Positions 8,050 to 16,682 of a DNA stretch of 55,425 nt are shown here, piece after piece; within the stretch, counting starts at the first letter, position 1, and each line of letters begins with the position of its first letter. A program made the position numbers and the translations under genes. The stretch lies in IMG/VR virus record IMGVR_UViG_3300037420_001739, positions 1 to 55,425 of that record; one strand, written 5' to 3'. The DNA is from a virus. Its lineage: Duplodnaviria; Caudoviricetes. A model generated the notes under the pieces. It did no database searches and was not told the DNA's origin. It saw only the letters and a list, made by a program, of their open reading frames with translations.

Positions 8050-8297
8050 AAAATGTTTTTTTAAAAGAGGCCAACGTGGAAACATCGGCCGTTGATTTGG
8101 TTAGGACATTTCACATCCTATCTAACGATTGCTAGTATGAAAAAGAACTTGATTTCAATTGATGCCGGAAGTAGAAACAACCGGCCGATATGTTTAACAA
8201 CAATTCGAGAGCGATTCAACCAGGCTAACGGCTTCCTCACCTATTGCTTTCACTAATTCTTTCCTTGCATCCCGTGCCTGATCTTTTAATTCAGTAA

Positions 8298-8489
8298 TCA
8301 ACTTTTTGAAACCTCCCACGTTTCTACCGGATAATCCTTCTCGGATGGAATATCCGATTGCTGTATCATGGTCGGTTTGCGATAGTATTTTATAGAGTCG
8401 TTGATATTTCTCGTTGTTGGTTTCTTTTCCTTGTATGGAATAGCCCATGTTATCAGGTAAAGAATTCCTATGATCAGTATTATTTCCAT
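8298..8489 (-). CDS. Small membrane protein (overlaps alternative ORF 8194-8658)
   Basis: N-terminal hydrophobic helix; which of the two overlapping frames is used is uncertain. Confidence 0.45.
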   Translation of the reverse strand: MEIILIIGILYLITWAIPYKEKKPTTRNINDSIKYYRKPTMIQQSDIPSEKDYPVETWEVSKS

Positions 8490-8834
8490 ATAGCGATTGG
8501 TTTTGTTTCATTGTTACTGTCCTTTTTAGTATACCTCCTTTGCCTACTTCCCACCTGTAAATCTCATCACCGCATGGACTGAAATGAGCTACGATCATGA
8601 ACAATACCGTACTGAGTATAGTAAGTGCTACAGGTAGTAAAATCCATATTGGAGGCATAGTGTTTGGTTTTTAATAACCGAGATTTTTTTGCGGCCCTAC
8701 ATGGCCTTTTTTCATTACAGGATAATTACCACACTTGTCCTTTCTATAGAGTATTCCACAGTTACACGCCTTAGACGTTATCCCATAAGCAATAAGGCCC
8801 ACGATCAACATTCTTTTTATAAGAAATCGGATGA

Positions 8835-9038
8835 TCATTCGTAAACAGGGTAACGGGTGATTAATAATTCACAGCTTCTGATCAGGTGCGCATCACACAA
8901 AGCGTCCGTAAACGTGTACCGCATGGCGCGGGACATTTCCAGCAGCTTTTCACAGCTTTTCAATTGCTTCATCGTAACACAACTATTGATCGTGTTAAGG
9001 ATGAAATAGTACACTTCCGCAGCGTTGATCTTTTTCAT
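8835..9038 (-). CDS. Hypothetical protein
   Basis: ATGA overlap with the upstream gene. Confidence 0.65.
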   Translation of the reverse strand: MKKINAAEVYYFILNTINSCVTMKQLKSCEKLLEMSRAMRYTFTDALCDAHLIRSCELLITRYPVYE

Positions 9039-9349
9039 CGTTTACCAAGGATTTTATGTTTAACACAAGCCTTTATAATCTTCCTTCTGATCACTGCAGT
9101 CATACCCGCATTTACAATCCACTTGCCTTCTTTAGGACTATAGAACCAGGTATGCTGAACTTCACTCACATTAACTGCGTGCATGAATAAATGCCAGATG
9201 ATTATAGAGCATAGAAGAGCAGCAGCAATGAATATTAATTCTATTGAGAAGCGGATCAGCAAACCCTTTGCACACTTCTTTGCATCCTTAATGAAGGAAT
9301 GCTCAAACTGCACTGGCTCGAAGCTGTAAGGAATAGATGTTGTGCTCAT
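9035..9349 (-). CDS. Hypothetical membrane protein
   Basis: Likely start MSTTS at 9349 (ATGA coupling); one transmembrane segment. Confidence 0.65.
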   Translation of the reverse strand: MSTTSIPYSFEPVQFEHSFIKDAKKCAKGLLIRFSIELIFIAAALLCSIIIWHLFMHAVNVSEVQHTWFYSPKEGKWIVNAGMTAVIRRKIIKACVKHKILGKR

Positions 9350-9660
9350 GGTTGGACCTCCTTTTCGCCGGTTGCTTTGGCAATGAGGTTTTTTACTTGT
9401 TCTACAAATGGCAAGTCCAATCCGCAAACATCAAAATCCGTTTCTGTGTAGAGTTCTAGCAACTTGGTAAGGGATTCGAGCAATTCAGGTGCAGCAGCTA
9501 TTAGTCGGGCGTTCACTTTCCAAGCATACCTGCTTGCTTGGCGACCCGTGTAACCTTTGGAAGGCTCTTGACAAATAACCAGTTTGTCACTTACAACCCC
9601 TGGAAAATCTAATTCATCTTCAGGAGCGAACCACGGCCCTGGTGTGTGTTGTGTTTTCAT
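9346..9660 (-). CDS. Conserved phage early protein
   Basis: HTPGPW...NARLIAAAPELLE motif common in phage early regions. Confidence 0.8.
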   Translation of the reverse strand: MKTQHTPGPWFAPEDELDFPGVVSDKLVICQEPSKGYTGRQASRYAWKVNARLIAAAPELLESLTKLLELYTETDFDVCGLDLPFVEQVKNLIAKATGEKEVQP

Positions 9661-9911
9661 ACTACATCCCTCCTTTCTTTTTCCTCTTCCATCATTCTTT
9701 CAATTTCTTCATTCACATCCTGTACACGGGAAGAATGTTCAGCATATAGTTTACCGTTATGAAGGGTGTATTTATCTCCATGTTGATCGGTGCCGATATT
9801 GCCGTTCATTGTTACATGAAACCAAAAACCATTGCGGCTGTAGGAGATTACATTTCCGTTGCGCATTGCGGCGGAGCTTTGTGATTTGGTTTGAGAAGTG
9901 TAGTTTTGCAT
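9657..9911 (-). CDS. Hypothetical protein
   Basis: ATGA coupling with the downstream gene. Confidence 0.65.
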   Translation of the reverse strand: MQNYTSQTKSQSSAAMRNGNVISYSRNGFWFHVTMNGNIGTDQHGDKYTLHNGKLYAEHSSRVQDVNEEIERMMEEEKERRDVV

Positions 9912-9978
9912 CTGAGAAACTTTTTAAGTTTTTTAAGTGGTCAGTTTCGATTTCCAGTCAGAGCTGACCATTTTCTTT

Positions 9979-10161
9979 TTATTTCATCTTCGAATCAGCA
10001 TCCATAATTCTTTGCAGCTTCTTTTTCTTTCTGTCAGAGGGAGCACTTAACTGCTCCACCCTAGACAAAAAGTTTTTCAATTTTGGGAGATTAATATTCC
10101 CTTGATTGATAGTATTTAGAAGTAGACTGGCCTCACTTGATATCTGCTTTTCTATTTCCAC
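9979..10161 (-). CDS. Hypothetical protein
   Basis: Short ORF downstream of the cro-like gene. Confidence 0.5.
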   Translation of the reverse strand: MEIEKQISSEASLLLNTINQGNINLPKLKNFLSRVEQLSAPSDRKKKKLQRIMDADSKMK

Positions 10162-10243
10162 TTTTGCGAAATTTTTTGTTAACAGTTTCGGGTCTGATTA
10201 AAAGTTTTTATATTAGGATAGTAGATTTGTTGCATCTCGGACG

Positions 10244-10459
10244 TTAGGCGGCTACTCCATTCTTTTCCAGAATCTCTGAATCTTTCAATCCAGTAATCTT
10301 TCGAATTTCCACCAGTGCTGCAGCCTTTGTGAGTTCGTCATCGTTATCCTTGATATACCGCATGAGTGTTTGATCTGACACACCCAAGGCGATCGCAATT
10401 TCAAGTCGCCTCACCGGTTCGGCTTTGATTAGTGATAAGGCTTTTTGTGTGAGTTTCAT
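10244..10459 (-). CDS. Cro-like HTH regulator
   Basis: RLEIAIALGVSDQTLMRYI helix-turn-helix; divergent from the cI-like gene; likely start MKLT at 10459. Confidence 0.75.
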   Translation of the reverse strand: MKLTQKALSLIKAEPVRRLEIAIALGVSDQTLMRYIKDNDDELTKAAALVEIRKITGLKDSEILEKNGVAA

Positions 10460-10562
10460 TTGTTGAATATTATATTTGACTATCAAAAACAACAATGCGA
10501 ATATACGGTCAATGTTTACTAAAAGTCAATAGTCAACTTAGGCCTTAACAATCTTTTAACAC
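10460..10562. promoter_or_regulatory. Divergent lysis/lysogeny switch region
   Basis: Bacteroidota -7-like boxes TATATTTG (+, 10471) and TATATTCG (-, ~10498-10505); repeated TTGAC/GTCAA half-sites. Confidence 0.55.
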
Positions 10563-11075
10563 ATGTTAACTATGCCCACTGATGGCGCCATTCTCAAGGC
10601 CTTTATTGATCAATCCAGAATTCGACCTGTACGCATTTACACGGCGATGAAAATTAGTAAACAGGCATTTTATAAGCTATATAACAGTAAGGAGTTTGAG
10701 CTGGAGACAATTAGAAAAATAGAACAGGCGGTTGGTAAGCCCTGGGACGAAATAAGGTTGACTAATGTTGACGTCAACGTTTCCAATGAAACGGCCAAAC
10801 TGCCACTCGAAGACTTGGAAAAGAAGCAATCTTTAGAAAGAAGTATTGAAAATCTGACACGAACAGGAGAGATCAATGCTCACAACGAGACGATAAGAGC
10901 GGAGAATGAGAAAATGAGAATTGAAAATGATAAGATAACGGTTGAAAGTATCCGGCGTTTGGTTGATTTGTTGGAAGAAAAATACGGCAAACGTGTTGGG
11001 CCAACACTTCCGCCAGTAGGAACACCTGGAACCAAAAACCATAACCCTCGAAAACAAAAAAAGCCGGCCCAATAG
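10563..11075 (+). CDS. CI-like repressor (N-terminal HTH, coiled-coil C-terminus)
   Basis: IYTAMKISKQAFYKLY HTH-like segment; divergent from cro and near the integrase; no S24 peptidase motif visible. Confidence 0.6.
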   Translation: MLTMPTDGAILKAFIDQSRIRPVRIYTAMKISKQAFYKLYNSKEFELETIRKIEQAVGKPWDEIRLTNVDVNVSNETAKLPLEDLEKKQSLERSIENLTRTGEINAHNETIRAENEKMRIENDKITVESIRRLVDLLEEKYGKRVGPTLPPVGTPGTKNHNPRKQKKPAQ

Positions 11076-11107
11076 TGACCAGCTTTTTCTACTAACCCCA
11101 TAAGGAA

Positions 11108-11305
11108 TTAGTATTCACTTAAATTGAATAGCAAATCCATCACCTCGTCAGATACGAATTGAAACTTGTCTTCATGGCTCTGAATGGAGGGTGAAAACTT
11201 CGGACAGAATGAAAACATGCAATTCGATAAAAGACATCTGTTTTGATCTGGACATGCATCGCATAGTTGGACCTGCGCAATTTGCGTCTTATGGGACTGA
11301 TTCAT
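11108..11305 (-). CDS. Hypothetical Cys-rich protein
   Basis: ATG ORF with CxxC; no family recognised. Confidence 0.4.
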   Translation of the reverse strand: MNQSHKTQIAQVQLCDACPDQNRCLLSNCMFSFCPKFSPSIQSHEDKFQFVSDEVMDLLFNLSEY

Positions 11306-11621
11306 AGTGCTCTAAATTTGGTTCTGCCACCTGAATAATCCGTGTTTCGCCGATTAATCAGGACGTCGAAAATAGTACAGTTTACTAAAATGTTTAGTAA
11401 TTTTAAAGGAAATAGTTTTACACAGGGTTTTGAACAAAGTTGTTCACATTCTTCAAAAGTGTTCCAGTAAGTTTCATTCATGTGTTTTTAGGTTTAGAGG
11501 TTTCTGTTGAGGCAATCGTATTAGAAGGGCCGGCGAAAGTAAACGCAATTTCAATACATTAAGTGGTTTCACGTATACCCTTTCTCAACATACAACATTA
11601 ATTAACAATAGGTAAGTGTTT

Positions 11622-12824
11622 TTAATTAATCCCTTCGTCAAGTCTAGGCATTTTTGCTTTGATTAATTCCCTTGTAAGGTTTTTATGTTCACCAGTATAT
11701 GTAGCAGTAACCCTTTCATCTGAATGCCGAAAATGTTCCTTTGCGAGTGACAGAAGATTGTCAGCCCCTTCCCTCCTTTTAAGTCTTACTAAATCATCAG
11801 CAGAAAGTTTTTTTAGCGAGTATTGATCGACGTTTAGTTTCAATCCTTTCTTTACAATATTATTCCACCACAACGTTGTACTGTTGGAGTGCATCTTGTT
11901 TTTGCCGGGCATAAACATATTACCCTTACCTGCGAAGATGTAAAATTCAGGATCGTATTTTTCAAGCTTCATTTCCATTAATAGATCCATCACCCATTCA
12001 GGAATAGCAACATCACTTTCCACTCCGTTTTTTGTGATCTCTGCAGGCAATCTAAATACGCCTTGCAGTTTGTGCAACATATTAATTTTGATCTGTGTAA
12101 TTTCTTTTGGTCTGATGCCGCATCCATAAATCAGGGAGAGAAAACGAAAATAATTTCTGTGATATTCTTTGATGTGTGATACGATTGTGATTCGTTCATC
12201 TTGTGTTGGCGGCCGGTGCGCTACCTTCTTTAAAGTGTCTCTCGTTTTTATATCCCTGATCAAATTGGATTCCATTATATCCCACTCTACCAGTTCAGAA
12301 ACAAGTCCGGACAAAAAAGATCTGTAAGCATTGTAGCCATCGTTACCCAATTTGCGATCAGCAATCACCTGCTCCAGAATCAATTTAAAATCGATCTTCC
12401 TAAACTCCCTTATTGGCTTTGTGATTCCGATGTTATCGCACGCATTTTTAAGGTATTTGATTTTGGAAGAATAATCCTGCGATGTTTTGTATTTCCATGT
12501 TGGCTTCAATTTCAGTTCAGCAAAATCCAATGCATTGGAGAACTGCATTTGCTGTAATTCTTCAAGATCAATTTCCTTTTTTAGTTTTGAAGGATATGTA
12601 TTAGTAACAGGGTTCCATCCCCTTTCCAACCGTAGTTTAAGTGCAGTGATCATGGAGTTGGCAGAAAGGACCCGCTCTTTGTAATTGGAGATCGTATTTA
12701 AATCTGCTTTACGAGAGATTTGATGCCACTTACCGGCATAAAAAAACCGGAATCTCACGCGCCATGTTTTGTCCATGTCTGAAGATTCCGGATTCTTTGG
12801 ATAAATCGTTAGTTCTGACCACAT
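11622..12824 (-). CDS. int: Tyrosine integrase
   Basis: Catalytic R (GIRPKEI), K (TKNG), YSLKK box (Bacteroidota-type variant of HxxR), RHSD and TATY; adjacent to attP. Confidence 0.9.
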   Translation of the reverse strand: MWSELTIYPKNPESSDMDKTWRVRFRFFYAGKWHQISRKADLNTISNYKERVLSANSMITALKLRLERGWNPVTNTYPSKLKKEIDLEELQQMQFSNALDFAELKLKPTWKYKTSQDYSSKIKYLKNACDNIGITKPIREFRKIDFKLILEQVIADRKLGNDGYNAYRSFLSGLVSELVEWDIMESNLIRDIKTRDTLKKVAHRPPTQDERITIVSHIKEYHRNYFRFLSLIYGCGIRPKEITQIKINMLHKLQGVFRLPAEITKNGVESDVAIPEWVMDLLMEMKLEKYDPEFYIFAGKGNMFMPGKNKMHSNSTTLWWNNIVKKGLKLNVDQYSLKKLSADDLVRLKRREGADNLLSLAKEHFRHSDERVTATYTGEHKNLTRELIKAKMPRLDEGIN

Positions 12825-12838
12825 GATTTTGATAGTAT

Positions 12839-13053
12839 TTGTTACCTGAATTGTTACCTGAGAGTGCCAGCCCTCTTTTAAATACTATTCAATCAATGAG
12901 TTAAGAACTTTTCTGTTGCGAAGGGTGGGATTGCCCTACACTAATTTCAGCCTCGTCAAGTTATTTAATTGATTGATATTTAAATATTTAAAAAGAAGCT
13001 ATTTTTTTATTTTCGCATTCGAAACAAAAAATGTTACCTCATTTGTTACCTCA
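12839..13053. mobile_element. attP site
   Basis: Four TGTTACCT(G/C)A direct repeats (12840, 12852, 13032, 13044) flank two IHF-consensus boxes (12891-12903, 12966-12978) and a core at 12917-12932 reading AATCCCACCCTTCGCA on the minus strand, like a tRNA 3' end. Confidence 0.8.
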
Positions 13054-13134
13054 TGAAACACACGCCAGTAAAGGGTTTTAATGTTTCTACATAGTGAAAA
13101 CTGGATAAAAATAAGGCTTTTTTTCGCGAAGGAA

Positions 13135-13335
13135 TCAGTAGAAATAAATCTCTCCTTTTTCATCCCTTCCAATCCGGGAGAATACCAATAACTTAATAAT
13201 GGTAATAGCATAATAGGAAACCCGGTAAGTGATGATCTTGAGGAAATCGCTTTTGCCAAGTTCTGTATTGGGCTCAATAAACTTTTCCAGTTCTTTACAA
13301 CAAGGCGCTAAAGGATCTAATTGCAATCGTTCCAT
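13135..13335 (-). CDS. Hypothetical protein
   Basis: ATG ORF, 66 aa. Confidence 0.5.
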   Translation of the reverse strand: MERLQLDPLAPCCKELEKFIEPNTELGKSDFLKIITYRVSYYAITIIKLLVFSRIGRDEKGEIYFY

Positions 13336-13381
13336 GATACACAGCGTTTGAATAACGCATGCAAAAATTGTGCACGTACAT

Positions 13382-13630
13382 TCACTTCAATGCATGCAGG
13401 TATTGTTCAACAACACTAACAAAGAACTGCTCCATATAATCTTCTAAAAACATTGGAGCCTTACCATTGCTGCACCATTGCCAGCCGGTCGAGTATTTAG
13501 CGAGTATTCCGTAGCTATAGCCGTTAAGATTCAAATCCCAATAATTCAAAGCACCTGAGTGCGCAGAAAAACTGCCGGTAAATTCTATCCCTTCGTATTC
13601 AAAGCTTATAGGAATCTCAACGATGGCCAT
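13382..13630 (-). CDS. Hypothetical protein
   Basis: ATG ORF, 82 aa, with protein-like composition. Confidence 0.65.
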   Translation of the reverse strand: MAIVEIPISFEYEGIEFTGSFSAHSGALNYWDLNLNGYSYGILAKYSTGWQWCSNGKAPMFLEDYMEQFFVSVVEQYLHALK

Positions 13631-13928
13631 TCGCCAATTTAGGCGATAATTTGAAATATTCGCCTTTTAAGGCAAATGGATAAATTGAAAAGTGAATAAC
13701 ATCAAAGAAGCTGTTTCTAATCATTGAATAATAAGAGTTTACACCGCCTTGACAAAAAAAATTGCTGCACAATAATTGCATAATTAAATTCGTTCTACAT
13801 TTACGCTCTTTAACAAAAAAGCCCCCAGATGTACCAGATCTGAGGGCTAGGTTTAACCGGTTAAAGAGACCGGAACTACAAGCCTTTTCAAAGGCCCTTT
13901 TTACAGACACTAACCACAGTGTCAAATT

Positions 13929-14093
13929 TTAGCCATTACAACGCGAACAAGGGAAAGCCCAGACTTTCCCATCTTTACGGTAGATCTTCCTCCCTTTAAT
14001 TGTGATCCAGGGGGTGAAGACCGTACCGTCGGTGCAACGACAAGGTGGATTCGGATTTGTCCGTTCCATCATAGGTGTTGAACTTTCGTCCAT
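13929..14093 (-). CDS. Small putative zinc-ribbon protein (54 aa, not in the ORF track)
   Basis: Translates to MDESSTPMMERTNPNPPCRCTDGTVFTPWITIKGRKIYRKDGKVWAFPCSRCNG*. Confidence 0.55.
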   Translation of the reverse strand: MDESSTPMMERTNPNPPCRCTDGTVFTPWITIKGRKIYRKDGKVWAFPCSRCNG

Positions 14094-14449
14094 AATCGGA
14101 CTATCTGCCTAATGAGCAGACAGCATTTTTACCAGAGCAAGCGTAATAAATCCAGGGAATTCTACTGATGAAAATTTGTGGACAAATCCAAAGAGAGAGA
14201 TATTGCGTTATCGCAATGAATTGAATAATTTTGTGGCTGTCAAAGAACTTGAACTTACAGCCTTTGGTAAAATGCCTCGAAAACATTTTTTACTGAAGGC
14301 TTTCTTATTTGTATAAGTCGCTGAACAAAAATAAACTCTTAAAATCGTAATTTCTGCAATTTGTGCCAAGGATTTTAGTACACATATTGTGCATAACTAT
14401 GGCTTCATTTTTTCGATTCACTCAACTACTTTCGCCGCCTTTTTCTACG

Positions 14450-14476
14450 AAAAAAGCCTCCCGATTTGGAGAGGCT
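14450..14476 (-). terminator. Intrinsic terminator closing the candidate ncRNA
   Basis: AGCCTCTC-CAAATC-GGGAGGCT followed by a T tract on the minus strand. Confidence 0.7.
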
Positions 14477-14725
14477 GGAAAGACTTAATTAAGTTTCAAC
14501 GTTGAATTAAAAACGGACGTAGCTGCTGCATGTGGCATCCAATATTATTTAGCTACTCGCAGCGGATGCATAACTGCTTTGGCGATCCTGATTCGGCAGG
14601 ACCCTATTCACAATTCGGCGTGAACCCTATGCTTTCTTATTCAGAAAGCCGGCATCGTAATAAAAGGTTGTGCCAGTAGGAAAGGATCGAACTTTCATCT
14701 CCCTTTATTGATCTACTGAAAAGAA
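14477..14725 (-). ncRNA. Candidate structured non-coding RNA
   Basis: No long ORF; tRNA-like minihelix, three GAAT-loop hairpins and crossing complementary segments; bounded by a promoter and a terminator. Confidence 0.55.
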
Positions 14726-14731
14726 CTAACG

Positions 14732-14784
14732 TAAAGGTACAATTGCAGAATATTTCTTCAAAAAAGTTGTAGAATATTTTTACA
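14732..14784 (-). promoter_or_regulatory. Bacteroidota sigma-A-like promoter overlapped by two operator-like palindromes
   Basis: TTTG-19 nt-TACCTTTA; imperfect palindromes TGYAGAATATTTYTWCA at 14744-14760 and 14768-14784. Confidence 0.55.
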
Positions 14785-14804
14785 CGAAAATTGTAAATAA
14801 AAAT

Positions 14805-14827
14805 CCCCGATGTAGAAACATCAGGGG
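14805..14827 (-). terminator. Terminator at the end of the late/lysis operon
   Basis: CCCCTGATGT-TTCT-ACATCGGGG followed by ATTTTTATTT. Confidence 0.65.
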
Positions 14828-14895
14828 AAATCTTGCTTATGAGAAAATTGACTGCTTTACTGTTGCCGCAGATAAATATCCAGGCATTAGTTCCT

Positions 14896-15075
14896 TTAGC
14901 TTCTTACATCTGAAAGATCATCCCACTTCCAGAGTTGATTAATATTTTCAGTTTTTAGTTTGAATCCTAGAAATGTTTTTGGTTCCGGCTTGCCATGGTT
15001 AATGAGCTGCTGAAATTGTTGGTGATATTTAAAATCGTAGTGTTCCTTTCCAATCTTTTTACCTTTCTTGGCCAT
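14896..15075 (-). CDS. Hypothetical protein (59 aa, not in the ORF track)
   Basis: MAKKGKKIGKEHYDFKY...DDLSDVRS*, starting 5 nt after the upstream stop. Confidence 0.55.
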   Translation of the reverse strand: MAKKGKKIGKEHYDFKYHQQFQQLINHGKPEPKTFLGFKLKTENINQLWKWDDLSDVRS

Positions 15076-15080
15076 GGCTT

Positions 15081-15269
15081 TTACAAGTCAGAAAACCGTT
15101 GGTGAAATTGATAGGGTCCTTCCGATAGATCCTTCCGCTTCTTTTCTTTGATCATTTGCTTGGCCACATGAAAGGTGTCTCCGAATAATTCGAACAGCAG
15201 TTTATCATCTGCATTTTGCAGGATGTTTTTTAGTGAATCGATTTCTTCTTTACTGAATGCCATGGTCAA
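15081..15269 (-). CDS. Hypothetical protein
   Basis: Tightly packed in the operon. Confidence 0.6.
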   Translation of the reverse strand: MTMAFSKEEIDSLKNILQNADDKLLFELFGDTFHVAKQMIKEKKRKDLSEGPYQFHQRFSDL

Positions 15270-15273
15270 AAAT

Positions 15274-15981
15274 TTATGATACTACAGTTACCCATTCGCT
15301 CTTATCTTCTTTGTTGAACTTGCAGGTTACAGGCTGCGATAAATCCCAGTTGCCGTTCTTAATTTCTTCCTGCCAGGTATCGGTCCGATAGTCAGTATTG
15401 CGAAGGACTTTATCCGGATGATGCTCCAGCCAGTAATCGCGGCAATTCACATATGCGTTCACCCAGGCCTTTTCATCTCCCTCTTTAACCGGTGGAACTT
15501 CTTTAAAGTCATCGCGCAGCCATGAAGGAACACATCCCGAATGGATATAGCTGTCATAAATCACCGCCATGGAAAGAGGCAGTGTGAATTTGTTTTGAGT
15601 AAAAAAAGCGAATGCAGGGTTCCAATAAAACTTATCAAAGAATTCATCCTGCACTTCATGCATCACATAATCAGTACCTGCGTATTTTAAAAGCTGCTTG
15701 AACTGGATGTTATCAGCAAGCGGATGGTCATGCTTTCCAATAAACTGAAGATAATTTTCAAGCTCATGGCCATAGCGGGCATCTTTTCTATTGCAGTATG
15801 CCTGCACTAATGTTTTGAGATTTCCGTATTCTGTGGTTTGATGCTTGCCGTACGTAATCTGTGCAATTTTGCCCGGGCCATCATGAAGACAAACAAGAAT
15901 ATCATATTTGGGCTCTAACGAAGATGTTTCGAAGACCGAAACGATCTCCTGGATCTTCTTTTTGATATTGGGAGTAATCAT
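15274..15981 (-). CDS. Endolysin, GH46 chitosanase-like lysozyme fold
   Basis: IVSVFETSS (catalytic E), DGPG..ITYG..QTT, QDEFFDKFYWNPA, IYDSYIHSG; located in the lysis cassette. Confidence 0.8.
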   Translation of the reverse strand: MITPNIKKKIQEIVSVFETSSLEPKYDILVCLHDGPGKIAQITYGKHQTTEYGNLKTLVQAYCNRKDARYGHELENYLQFIGKHDHPLADNIQFKQLLKYAGTDYVMHEVQDEFFDKFYWNPAFAFFTQNKFTLPLSMAVIYDSYIHSGCVPSWLRDDFKEVPPVKEGDEKAWVNAYVNCRDYWLEHHPDKVLRNTDYRTDTWQEEIKNGNWDLSQPVTCKFNKEDKSEWVTVVS

Positions 15982-15993
15982 AGCAGATAGTCT

Positions 15994-16233
15994 TTATAGT
16001 TTTACAAGTAACGTATTATGCGGTCCCCGATACACTGGCAGCCAGTGCTCCTGCCCATTATAATCCCGGTACACAAACCAGTAGAAGGTTACCATTCGTG
16101 CATCGATCAACCTTTCTTTGGAAACAACCTTTACGAAATCGATTTCTATTGGTTTGTATTCAAAAGCATCTTTCGGTGTGCCGCATGAAACAAAAACACA
16201 GGCGATCACCAGGAGGATGAATAGGTTTTTCAT
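15994..16233 (-). CDS. Small lipoprotein (possible o-spanin)
   Basis: Signal peptide II ending VFVS-C; lysis cassette. Confidence 0.6.
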   Translation of the reverse strand: MKNLFILLVIACVFVSCGTPKDAFEYKPIEIDFVKVVSKERLIDARMVTFYWFVYRDYNGQEHWLPVYRGPHNTLLVKL

Positions 16234-16658
16234 AACAGATAGTTTGTGATGTTGAACAATAGGAATAGGATTATGCAGAGAAAGAATTTTACTTCACCTG
16301 GTCTGTCATGTGGAAAATGAGTATTCATCCAATTGTCTTGCTTTGCGGTTGTGCCGATGTAAAAGAAATCATCCCAGATTGACAGCCCGATAATTCCATC
16401 GAACAATATTTTGTAAACTGCTATAAATGGAATGATGATAAATGCACATTGAAGAACGTCCTTTGTAGCTCCATAAACCAGGGAAATCAAGAATGCTGCT
16501 ACCAGTGACGACAGCAGCATTCCTCTTGAATGAAACGGACGATGATATGGATTTCCCATTGGCACATACTCTCTCATAGCCTTTATGCAAGGCACTTGAA
16601 AGTGGGCGAACATTATCGCCCACACAGCAAAGAGTATTTGTGCTAATAGAAAATACAT
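16230..16658 (-). CDS. Multi-pass membrane protein
   Basis: About four hydrophobic segments. Confidence 0.7.
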   Translation of the reverse strand: MYFLLAQILFAVWAIMFAHFQVPCIKAMREYVPMGNPYHRPFHSRGMLLSSLVAAFLISLVYGATKDVLQCAFIIIPFIAVYKILFDGIIGLSIWDDFFYIGTTAKQDNWMNTHFPHDRPGEVKFFLCIILFLLFNITNYLL

Positions 16659-16682
16659 GGTGGTGGATGGTTGGCTTGTTAC

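Noticed and set aside
11780-11830. Inactive integrase because HxxR is replaced by YSLKK
   Set aside because: YSxK-type boxes occur in Bacteroidota tyrosine recombinases; the other catalytic residues and attP are intact.
12999-13277. 92-aa ORF running into attP
   Set aside because: It has a non-ATG start, overlaps another ORF, and its EVTNEVT end is a translation of the arm-site repeats.
14477-14725. tmRNA
   Set aside because: The acceptor stem closes locally, there is no G3-U70 alanine identity pair, and no tag reading frame is evident.
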